Positions 39,962 to 47,680 of a stretch of DNA of 47,680 nt are shown one piece after another. Source of the DNA: Aerococcaceae bacterium (GTDB taxonomy: Bacteria > Bacillota > Bacilli > Lactobacillales > Aerococcaceae); contig JBHWOV010000064.1 of NCBI GenBank assembly GCA_043424535.1, positions 1 through 47,680 on the forward strand. Reading direction: 5' to 3'. Numbering within the stretch: position 1 is the stretch's first letter; each line of letters starts with the position of its first letter. The translations under genes were made by a program, and so were the position numbers. The notes under the pieces are model-generated. The model did not search any database, had not been told where the DNA came from, and worked only from the letters and a program-made list of their open reading frames with translations.

Positions 39962-39976
39962 ATAAGACGTCCTTCC

Positions 39977-41029
39977 TTATTTTGTTTGGTATTTGTTCGC
40001 AAATGCATCCAGTGTTCCGGTTGTAAACCAATCTACCTGTTGTAATTCATCTATTGTTTCAACACCGAGTAACAGCATCATTAATTGAATTGCTTCTTTC
40101 CAATTTTCAATGAGCTCAATCGTTTGTTCTACACCTAATTCATTGACAAAGTGTAACATTCTACCAGACATACCAGCGGCTTGAGCACCCATGGCAATGG
40201 CTTTAACGATATGGGTATAATCAGTGATGCCACCACTGGCGAGTAAATTTACTTGTTGTCGATAAGGAGCAGCAGCGATCAGAGATTCAGGAGTCGTTTG
40301 TCCCCAATTCGATAATGCTGACAAATCAAATTTTGTACGTCGATCATTTTCGATAGACACAAAATTTGTGCCACCGCGTCCACTGACATCAATATTTTCA
40401 ACGCCAATATCGATTAACTGCTGAATGGTTTGTTGACTCATTCCGAAGCCGACTTCTTTTACAATAACAGGAATATCTAGTCCTTGAACCAATTGTTCAA
40501 TATTTTTGAGCCACATAGAATAATCACGGTCACCTTCAGGCATAACGACTTCTTGTGGTATATTGACATGTATTTGTAGTGCGTTTGCTTGAATCATATC
40601 GATGACACGTTTCGCATTTTCTAATGAATGATGCGCTCCCAGATTTGTCATCACAAAGCCATTTGGATTGTTTTCTCTCATAACAGTGAAAGAATCGATA
40701 ACATTAGGGTCTTTGAGAGCGATACTCATGGAACCTGTGGCAATTGGAAGACCAGTCGCAGCGGCTACTAAAGATAATTTTTCATTATATTGTTTAGTAA
40801 AATCGGAGCCTCCTGTCATACCATTAATATAAAATGGGACTGAGTGGCGATGGTTTGCCCATGTCGTTGATAAGTCAATCGCTTCATAATTTGTTTGATT
40901 AAATGAATGGTGAATAAAACGAACTTCATCGAATGGGGAAACCTTCGCTTGTGTTTGCTGATCTAAAGCGAGTCGAGCATGGTCGTCTTTACGTTGTCTA
41001 GCTAAATTTGGGTCTTGTGAAAGGGTCAA
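39977..41029 (-). CDS. fni: Type 2 isopentenyl-diphosphate isomerase
   Basis: RKDDH, INGMTGG, HVN..QE..MPEGDR, VKEVGFG, SGRGGTNF; likely TTG start 41029 after SD GAGGT. Confidence 0.95.
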   Translation of the reverse strand: MTLSQDPNLARQRKDDHARLALDQQTQAKVSPFDEVRFIHHSFNQTNYEAIDLSTTWANHRHSVPFYINGMTGGSDFTKQYNEKLSLVAAATGLPIATGSMSIALKDPNVIDSFTVMRENNPNGFVMTNLGAHHSLENAKRVIDMIQANALQIHVNIPQEVVMPEGDRDYSMWLKNIEQLVQGLDIPVIVKEVGFGMSQQTIQQLIDIGVENIDVSGRGGTNFVSIENDRRTKFDLSALSNWGQTTPESLIAAAPYRQQVNLLASGGITDYTHIVKAIAMGAQAAGMSGRMLHFVNELGVEQTIELIENWKEAIQLMMLLLGVETIDELQQVDWFTTGTLDAFANKYQTK

Positions 41030-41046
41030 TAGTTTACCTCGCATTC

Positions 41047-42183
41047 TTAATATATTTTGGGAGCAATTTGAAGTGACAATGGTGTCACACCGCCTTGCTG
41101 CCAAAGTGAAAAAAGTTTCTTATGATTCGATACGTTATTTTGTTTGGGTTCAACAGCCAAACCGCAATCTCCGCCCCCCGCACCGGAAGATTTTGCACCC
41201 ATCTTCAAAAGTTGTGCTGTTTCAACTAAATGTCGCAGTGGGGTAGTTAAGATATTTAAATCATAATCTGAACCAAGTTGACTGAGTAAATGGTGATATA
41301 TATTTATGAAATGAATGATTTTTTCAGAATCTTTTGCTTCCAAGGAGTGGAATAAAGCGATCACCGTTTCACTAGCTTGAGTCACAAAAGCTTGATAGGG
41401 TACGGGATTATGAATTACTTGCTCTTTGAGTGACAGTACTAATTTTTCTGTAGATGCAGGTTTTCCTGTCCATCCAAAATAAATATTTACTGGTAGTGGC
41501 CCTTGAACTGGCGCAATTTGTAGTCCAGGCCAATCCATTTTTAATAAGGAGCAGAGTGATATTTTAGCATCGAGTTGGTTTTCTAACCAATCACGGTCTA
41601 AGGACTGATAAAGCACAATACCACCATAACTACTAGCCGCTAAATCTCCGAAACTTCCTTCTGCTTTTAATAAAGTCTGAGCAATGGCGCCGAGTTTATA
41701 TAGAATGGTTCCTGAACAAGGATTCAGACCATAAAGTTTTAGTAAACTGGATATAATTGCTAAAGTAACAGCTCCACTTGAACCGAAACCAATTTTTTCA
41801 CCATTGAGATCAATCATTTCACTTTCGATGGTCATATGATAATCCATTAAAGGTAAATTGAATTCGCTAATCAATTGTTCAATTAATTGGATCGCCGCAT
41901 GGGTATATTTCCAAAAAACTTGATCACTGATTGGTAAATCTTCTAGATACAGTTGTGAGTCAGAATGACGTTGATATATCCACTTTTTTTCATTTGAAAT
42001 AATTCTTCCATGGTGTTCAGTAGGAGACTGATCGACATTCACAGTAATGAAACGATCAACAGCCATTATTAATGCTGGTTGATTTGGCGTAAGAATCGCA
42101 TATTCTCCAGCTAAATACAATTTTCCAGGGATGCGTGCTTGTGCTTGCTGTGTACGTGATGTTTGATTGAATATTTTTGCCAT
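41047..42183 (-). CDS. mvaK2: Phosphomevalonate kinase
   Basis: PGKLYLAGEYA, K.GFGSSGAVT, WTGKPAST, KSSGAGGGDCG. Confidence 0.95.
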   Translation of the reverse strand: MAKIFNQTSRTQQAQARIPGKLYLAGEYAILTPNQPALIMAVDRFITVNVDQSPTEHHGRIISNEKKWIYQRHSDSQLYLEDLPISDQVFWKYTHAAIQLIEQLISEFNLPLMDYHMTIESEMIDLNGEKIGFGSSGAVTLAIISSLLKLYGLNPCSGTILYKLGAIAQTLLKAEGSFGDLAASSYGGIVLYQSLDRDWLENQLDAKISLCSLLKMDWPGLQIAPVQGPLPVNIYFGWTGKPASTEKLVLSLKEQVIHNPVPYQAFVTQASETVIALFHSLEAKDSEKIIHFINIYHHLLSQLGSDYDLNILTTPLRHLVETAQLLKMGAKSSGAGGGDCGLAVEPKQNNVSNHKKLFSLWQQGGVTPLSLQIAPKIY

Positions 42184-43199
42184 TATAGTGTCCCCAATGG
42201 TTGTTCTAGCTTCTTAATAGGATAAGGTGCTGGCCCTGGTCGGCTGACAATCAATTGTTCTTCGTCAAAATCCTCCATGAGAATCTTTTTTATTTGTTCA
42301 ATTTGGCTGAAAGGACACAATATTTTTACATTAGGCCCCGCGTCCATAGTGTAATAACAAGATAAGCCTTGTTCGCGCATTTCTTGAATTTTTTGGATTG
42401 CAGTCAGTGTTTTAGGTTCAAAATAATTAAAACTAGGATTCGCTGAAAGCATTGTGGCATGCATTTTCATCGCATTGTGTTCTGCAATTCGTCCCATTTT
42501 ATCAATGTCACGTTGTTGAATAGCCTCAAGCATTTCATCTAAGTCACGCTCAACTTCGCGCGGCCATAGTTCATAAAAGGGAGATGATTCAACGGTATGT
42601 TGCATACCAGAACGGCTAGATATTTTTTTCTGTTGAGAATTAATGACAATGATGAGCATTCCAATGTCCCAATCCGCTGCATCAATGGATTCGGCATAGC
42701 TGGAATCACTATCATTGCCGTGACCGCGATGCCACATGGCTAATCCACCAAATAAACTTCTTGTAGAACTACCTGACCCTTGCCGTGAAAAAGTGGATAA
42801 TTTTTCAGCAGGAAGATTCATTTGTAAAGCATCATTGATGGCAGCAGCTAAGGCTGCGAATGCAGAAGCGGAAGAAGCGAGGCCAGCGGCTGTTGGAACA
42901 TGATTAACACTTTCAATCGAGATAGGCAAATGAATACCACTTTCTTGACGGAATAAATCAACAAAACGGCTTATTTTATCTGTTTCTTCCTGAGATTGTT
43001 CCTGATGATTTAATATAAAGGTGTCATTTTTAAAATCAGGACTAAAATGCACTTTTGTATCTGTATAAAGCGATTCAAGGGTTAAAGATAGACTGCTTGT
43101 CATCGGTAAATACAATTTTTGGTTCCTCTTGCCCCAATATTTTATGAGAGCAATATTTGTGTGGGCACGATAGGTAGACTGATAGTCATGGTGATTCAC
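42183..43199 (-). CDS. mvaD: Diphosphomevalonate decarboxylase
   Basis: AHTNIALIKYWGK, PTAAGLASSASAFAAL, GSGS, TMDAGPNVK. Confidence 0.97.
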   Translation of the reverse strand: MNHHDYQSTYRAHTNIALIKYWGKRNQKLYLPMTSSLSLTLESLYTDTKVHFSPDFKNDTFILNHQEQSQEETDKISRFVDLFRQESGIHLPISIESVNHVPTAAGLASSASAFAALAAAINDALQMNLPAEKLSTFSRQGSGSSTRSLFGGLAMWHRGHGNDSDSSYAESIDAADWDIGMLIIVINSQQKKISSRSGMQHTVESSPFYELWPREVERDLDEMLEAIQQRDIDKMGRIAEHNAMKMHATMLSANPSFNYFEPKTLTAIQKIQEMREQGLSCYYTMDAGPNVKILCPFSQIEQIKKILMEDFDEEQLIVSRPGPAPYPIKKLEQPLGTL

Positions 43200-44206
43200 T
43201 AATGTTCCTCCTCATTCTCATTCATAGCTAGATTAAGAATCCAAGTGTTCTGAGCACCTGCTTGCATCATCGCCTCTGCAATCGTTTGAGCGACTGAATA
43301 TGTTTCAGCTAGTGCAATTGCGCATCCACCCAAACCTCCGCCAGTCAATTTAGCTCCTAAAGCACCGGCATACCATGCTGCACGAATTATATGGTCAAGT
43401 TTAGGATCGGACACTCCTAATTGATTCAAATAGTAATGATTATATGTTAATAGGCGACCTAGTTCATTTATATCCTGATGTTTAATCGCCTGATAACCTA
43501 ATTTAACAAAGCGTTCGATGGATTTTAAGGCGTCTTTTACCATAGAAGGACGCTGCTCGTATAATTTCCGAACTTTTCCCACAGCATTTTTTGTTTGGCC
43601 TTCAATACCACTATCAGCGAGTACTAAAAACGCCTTTAAATTTAAATCAAAAGCAACAGGAGGTTCGCTTTTTTGATACATTATGGGCCGATTTGAGCTG
43701 GCCATTAGCGTATCTATTCCACTAGTCGTTTCATGGGCGATGATTTCTGCTTGGTTGACGATCATTCTTAATTGGTAGTCAGATACATCAATTGAATAAT
43801 AATCTGTGATTGCTCTTACTAAAGCAACAGAAACGGCAGCTGAAGACCCCATGCCTCTCTTGACAGGTATATTGCTTGTGACTTTATAATGAAGTGGTTC
43901 CTTTGGTAGTGAAAAACTATCTAAAGTTAATTGAATCACTTTCTTAAGATTGTCCATTTCTTCAGGCATCTCAGCAGCTGTGCCAGTAAAATAATCACTT
44001 TCAAAATAACTTACCGATTGATCAGAACTTTGAATAATGACTGTTGTGGAGGCAGCAGTGAAAGGTAGAGCGATTGCGGGAACACCGTATACTACGGCAT
44101 GTTCTCCCATCAGAATAATTTTACTGTGTGCTTGCCCTTGGCCAATAGAAGAAGTTTGCTGGTGGAGTGTATCATGTGTCGAATAAGACATATTTTCTTC
44201 GTTCAT
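43199..44206 (-). CDS. mvaK1: Mevalonate kinase
   Basis: KIILMGEHAVVYG.PA, IP..RGMGSSAA, SGID, GAKLTGGGLGGC; ATG 44206 after SD AAGGAG. Confidence 0.95.
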   Translation of the reverse strand: MNEENMSYSTHDTLHQQTSSIGQGQAHSKIILMGEHAVVYGVPAIALPFTAASTTVIIQSSDQSVSYFESDYFTGTAAEMPEEMDNLKKVIQLTLDSFSLPKEPLHYKVTSNIPVKRGMGSSAAVSVALVRAITDYYSIDVSDYQLRMIVNQAEIIAHETTSGIDTLMASSNRPIMYQKSEPPVAFDLNLKAFLVLADSGIEGQTKNAVGKVRKLYEQRPSMVKDALKSIERFVKLGYQAIKHQDINELGRLLTYNHYYLNQLGVSDPKLDHIIRAAWYAGALGAKLTGGGLGGCAIALAETYSVAQTIAEAMMQAGAQNTWILNLAMNENEEEH

Positions 44207-44390
44207 ATGCAACTCCTTAAAAATTTATTTATCTTATTCATTTTACATTGTAAAGGTATATTAATCAAAAAAAGAATAGTAAATCATAAACAATATGAAT
44301 TGAATAATATGAGAATAAATTTTTTTCTGTTGTAACAAAAGGTGTTGTGCTAAAATAGATAAGAAATGGAGATTAGATTGGGGCGTTTTG

Positions 44391-45317
44391 ATGAATCAAG
44401 ATGAAATATTTATTCAATTTACTAGAAAACAATGGAGTGAATTATTTCATAAACAACATGATTTAATTAAAGTTGATGATTTGGATGAGTTAGTGTCGTT
44501 AAATGACCGTTTAACGAACGCTGATGTTCGTGAAATATATCGTCCGTTATTACAGTTTATTGATATCTTTTACGAAAATAAATTAGCATTACGCAAAGAG
44601 CAACAAGAATTTTTAAAGATAGATACAAAAGTAAGTCAACCATTTGTTATTGGTATTTCTGGAAGTGTCGCGGTCGGAAAGAGTACCGTTGCTCGTGTTT
44701 TACAAGAGCTTTTAGGAAAGGTATATCCAGATAAAGACATTGCTTTGTTGACAACGGATGGCTTTTTGTTTCCAAATCAAGAACTAGAAAAAAGAGGAAT
44801 CTTACATCGTAAAGGATTTCCAGATAGTTATGACATGCCTTCGTTTTTATCTTTTATGACGAAAGTAAAAACTGGAGTTGAAAGAATAGAATATCCTATT
44901 TATTCTCATCATATTTATGATATTGTTCCGGATGAGGTGGGGGTACTACATAAACCAGATATTCTAATAATGGAAGGTATTAATGTTTTTCAATTACCTG
45001 AAAATCAACAATTATATGTCAGCAATTTTTTTGATTTCTCGATTTTTGTAGATGCTGATACAATGGATATAAAACAATGGTATATGGAACGATATTATAT
45101 GCTAGTCGAGTTGGCGAAAGATAATCCAGATAATTACTTCCATAAAATGTCAAAATGGTCAGATGAAAAAAAGGAAGCCTATGCAAATGAAGTCTGGTAT
45201 ACAATCAATCTAACAAATTTGGTGCAACATATCGCACCAACAAAAGAAAGAGCACAAGTTGTTTTACATAAAGCGGAAAATCATTTAATCGACTTGATAT
45301 CAGTTCGGAAATACTAG
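44391..45317 (+). CDS. coaA: Type I pantothenate kinase
   Basis: [37 protein letters not shown]. Confidence 0.96.
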   Translation: MNQDEIFIQFTRKQWSELFHKQHDLIKVDDLDELVSLNDRLTNADVREIYRPLLQFIDIFYENKLALRKEQQEFLKIDTKVSQPFVIGISGSVAVGKSTVARVLQELLGKVYPDKDIALLTTDGFLFPNQELEKRGILHRKGFPDSYDMPSFLSFMTKVKTGVERIEYPIYSHHIYDIVPDEVGVLHKPDILIMEGINVFQLPENQQLYVSNFFDFSIFVDADTMDIKQWYMERYYMLVELAKDNPDNYFHKMSKWSDEKKEAYANEVWYTINLTNLVQHIAPTKERAQVVLHKAENHLIDLISVRKY

Positions 45318-45331
45318 AAAGAAGGAAATTC

Positions 45332-46879
45332 ATGGAAACTATTACTGAAATTGAAAAAATTATTGTCCTAGATTTTGGGAGTCAATATAATCAATTAATT
45401 ACGCGTCGCTTGAGAGATTTAGGGGTTTATAGCGAGTTATTATCCAATAAAAAAACTGCTAAAGAAATTGCTGCAGAAGGCAATGTCAAAGGGATAATCT
45501 TATCTGGTGGTCCGCGTAGTGTTTACGCAGAAGATGCTTTTCATGTAGATCCTGAAATCTTTGAATTAGGGATTCCAGTACTAGGTGTTTGTTATGGAAT
45601 GCAATTGATTACTAAGATGTTCGATGGCAATGTAACTCCTGGTGATGTGCGTGAATTTGGACAAGCATCGATTGATGTGAAAAATAATACTTCAGGTATT
45701 TTTAAAAATTTAAATGCAGAAGAAACAGTCTTGATGAGTCATGGTGACTTAATCAAAGAAATTCCAGATGGATTTGCGGTTACCGCATCTTCAGAACAAT
45801 GTCCTATCGCTGCATTTGAAAATACTGAAAAAAATATCTATGGTGTGCAATTTCATCCTGAAGTCAGAGCGACAACACAAGGTAGTGAAATGTTAAGAAA
45901 TTTTGCATTTGAAATTTGTGGCGTTCAAGGCGACTGGTCTATGGAAAACTTTATAGATATTGCGATTCAAAATATCCGTGATACTGTCAAAGATAAAAAG
46001 GTATTGCTCGGTTTATCCGGTGGGGTTGACTCTAGTGTTGTGGGTGTCCTGTTACAAAAAGCAATCGGTGAACAATTAGTTTGTATCTTTGTTGATCATG
46101 GGCTCCTTCGTAAAAATGAAGGGGACTTAGTAATGGAATCACTCGAGTCATTTGGACTGAATATTATCAAAGTGGATGCAAAAGAACGTTTCTTTAGTAA
46201 ATTAGCTGGTTTTTCAGATCCGGAAGCAAAACGTAAAATTATCGGAAATGAATTTGTTTATGTTTTTGATGAAGAAGCAGCTAAATTGGATGGCATCGAT
46301 TATTTAGCACAGGGAACGCTTTATACGGATATTATTGAATCTGGGACAGATACTGCTCAAACAATTAAATCACATCATAATGTGGGCGGTCTACCAGAAG
46401 ATATGGAATTTGAACTGATTGAGCCATTGAATACACTCTTCAAAGATGAAGTTCGTGCACTAGGAACTGCTCTGGGAATGCCTGACTCTATTGTTTGGCG
46501 GCAACCTTTCCCCGGACCTGGATTAGGTATTCGAGTATTAGGTGAAATCACTGATGAAAAAGTTGAAATTGTACGCGAATCAGACGCAATTTTGCGCGAA
46601 GAAATCGCAAAAAATGGCTTAGATCAAGATGTTTGGCAATATTTTACCGTATTACCTAATGTACGTAGTGTTGGTGTGATGGGAGATGGCCGAACTTATG
46701 ATCATATGATTGGTATTCGGGCAGTGACGTCAATTGATGGAATGACAAGTGAATTTGCTCGTTTACCTTGGGATGTATTACAGACAATTTCAACGCGTAT
46801 TGTAAACGAAGTTCCGCATGTTAATCGAGTAGTATATGATGTGACTGGTAAACCACCAGCAACCATTGAATGGGAATAG
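45332..46879 (+). CDS. guaA: Glutamine-hydrolysing GMP synthase
   Basis: [44 protein letters not shown]. Confidence 0.98.
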   Translation: METITEIEKIIVLDFGSQYNQLITRRLRDLGVYSELLSNKKTAKEIAAEGNVKGIILSGGPRSVYAEDAFHVDPEIFELGIPVLGVCYGMQLITKMFDGNVTPGDVREFGQASIDVKNNTSGIFKNLNAEETVLMSHGDLIKEIPDGFAVTASSEQCPIAAFENTEKNIYGVQFHPEVRATTQGSEMLRNFAFEICGVQGDWSMENFIDIAIQNIRDTVKDKKVLLGLSGGVDSSVVGVLLQKAIGEQLVCIFVDHGLLRKNEGDLVMESLESFGLNIIKVDAKERFFSKLAGFSDPEAKRKIIGNEFVYVFDEEAAKLDGIDYLAQGTLYTDIIESGTDTAQTIKSHHNVGGLPEDMEFELIEPLNTLFKDEVRALGTALGMPDSIVWRQPFPGPGLGIRVLGEITDEKVEIVRESDAILREEIAKNGLDQDVWQYFTVLPNVRSVGVMGDGRTYDHMIGIRAVTSIDGMTSEFARLPWDVLQTISTRIVNEVPHVNRVVYDVTGKPPATIEWE

Positions 46880-47017
46880 TAGTAAAATTTTCTAAAATGG
46901 CTTAATTCCAAGCTATAAAGAGAATAAAAAATGACTACTGGTACTCAAATGGTACTGGAAGCTAAAAAGAATAAATTGAATAATAGTTCCAAGTGGTTTA
47001 CGTTTGGACAAAAAATT

Positions 47018-47046
47018 AGACCGTAGTTTCAAACTACGGTCTTTTT
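47018..47046. terminator. Terminator between guaA and the convergent XRE gene
   Basis: AGACCGTAGTT-tca-AACTACGGTCT followed by TTTT; A run on the left. Confidence 0.8.
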
Positions 47047-47057
47047 GCGTACATATT

Positions 47058-47489
47058 TTATTTTAAAAATCTTGATTTTTTAGGGTAAGATAACTTCCAA
47101 TCTTCAAATTCTTCGTCTGTTAATTCATCGTTGTAATGTTTCTTCCTCATTTCATTCCATTCTATAAGAAAATTATTGAAATCTACATCATTTGATAAAA
47201 GTCCAGTGATCTCTCCGTCGCCTGCTAAGGGTCTAAACTTCATGTCTTTTTCATAATCAAATATTATATGCATTATTTCAAAAATAGAATTAGGTTCATG
47301 ATTAATTAATGCTGATATATCACAATCAAGTGCGTCAGATATTTTTTGTAATTGTTCTTTACTTGGAGATCTATTTCCAAGCTCGTAATTTCTTATAGCA
47401 GCATCTGTCAAACCAGACTTAATGGCAAGTTCTTTTTGAGTTAAGTTTCGCATAAGTCTTAACTTTTTTAATTTTTCTCCAGAAATCAA
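47058..47489 (-). CDS. XRE-family (ImmR/cI-like) transcriptional regulator
   Basis: LKKLRLMRNLTQKELA..SGLT..AIRNYELGNRSP; TTG start after SD AGGAGG; W...R....ELT.EE..DWK..YP tail. Confidence 0.9.
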   Translation of the reverse strand: MISGEKLKKLRLMRNLTQKELAIKSGLTDAAIRNYELGNRSPSKEQLQKISDALDCDISALINHEPNSIFEIMHIIFDYEKDMKFRPLAGDGEITGLLSNDVDFNNFLIEWNEMRKKHYNDELTDEEFEDWKLSYPKKSRFLK

Positions 47490-47523
47490 ACTAACTCCTC
47501 CTTATTTCACAATAGCTATAAAT

Positions 47524-47552
47524 ATTTTATCACAAAACGAACAAAAGCTCAA
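47524..47552 (-). promoter_or_regulatory. Promoter of the XRE gene
   Basis: TTGAGC(47552-47547)-N17-TAAAAT(47529-47524) with extended -10 TG. Confidence 0.6.
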
Positions 47553-47619
47553 CAAAACTGTTCTGTTATAAATGTTTGCAAGTATCTGAATATTTTAGAA
47601 AAAAATAAATAGAAAAAAC

Positions 47620-47675
47620 TTGACAGAACAAATATGAACTGTTATTATATATGTATACCGTTCAATATTGAACGG
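47620..47675 (+). promoter_or_regulatory. Divergent promoter with operator palindrome
   Basis: TTGACA(47620-47625)-N17-TATTAT(47643-47648); perfect 18-bp palindrome CCGTTCAATATTGAACGG at 47658-47675. Confidence 0.75.
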
Positions 47676-47680
47676 AAATT

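Larger units (their letters stand above)
46865..47680. mobile_element. Probable left end of an integrative element inserted at the guaA 3' end (runs out of the window)
   Basis: The guaA 3' end (GAATGGGA) is a known tyrosine-integrase target; TGGTACT direct repeats at 46939 and 46950; opposite-strand XRE repressor with divergent promoter and palindrome; no integrase in the window. Confidence 0.6.

Noticed and set aside
45200..45331. Purine riboswitch upstream of guaA
   Set aside because: coaA ends 14 bp before guaA; there is no leader or aptamer-like sequence.
1149..46911. Short ORF-track entries antisense to or nested in core genes (e.g. 1149-1403, 2422-2661, 6370-6552, 8902-9158, 11489-11914, 12316-12924, 21764-22836, 26537-26899, 37161-37412, 44099-44335, 46702-46911)
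   Set aside because: Shadow frames of well-supported genes, with no SD, promoter or recognisable motif.
1..47680. CRISPR array, tRNA/rRNA genes, IS elements, integrase
   Set aside because: No spaced direct-repeat array, cloverleaf or rRNA-like sequence, transposase or recombinase ORF was seen; gaps are short and mostly explained by promoters and terminators.

Overview
Low-GC Firmicute chromosome, with a Lactobacillales-type gene order and a mevalonate pathway; an Aerococcaceae-like host is only my guess. The window is almost entirely core genome. In order: rpmE2, an orphan 81-aa gene, fba, degV, a 620-bp gap, secA-prfB (programmed +1 frameshift)-ftsEX, phoPR, a Pho-box-driven pstCAB-phoU operon lacking pstS, a convergent block (NDT-family gene, ppx, ppk1, DUF697, pncA-like), hdeD-like, Ap4A Nudix, pta, a DUF4430 lipoprotein, tsaE-GNAT-murB, potABCD (potA frameshifted), gtrA-gtrB, ppdK-ccpN-PSRP, CpXC, rpiA-pdp-XRE, mvaK1-mvaD-mvaK2-fni-OCD, and coaA-guaA. 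The last ~800 bp look like the left edge of an element integrated at the guaA 3' end. Best leads: (1) an unannotated minus-strand transcription unit in the degV-secA gap, encoding a 39-43 aa membrane peptide and faced by a possible antisense promoter (type I toxin-antitoxin-like layout); (2) the guaA-integrated element with an XRE/operator switch; (3) a PPDK module with substitutions at near-invariant residues in enzyme and regulator; (4) the potA frameshift; (5) the missing pstS. I saw no rRNA, tRNA, CRISPR array, IS element or riboswitch. All family calls come from motif recognition by eye, not database searches.
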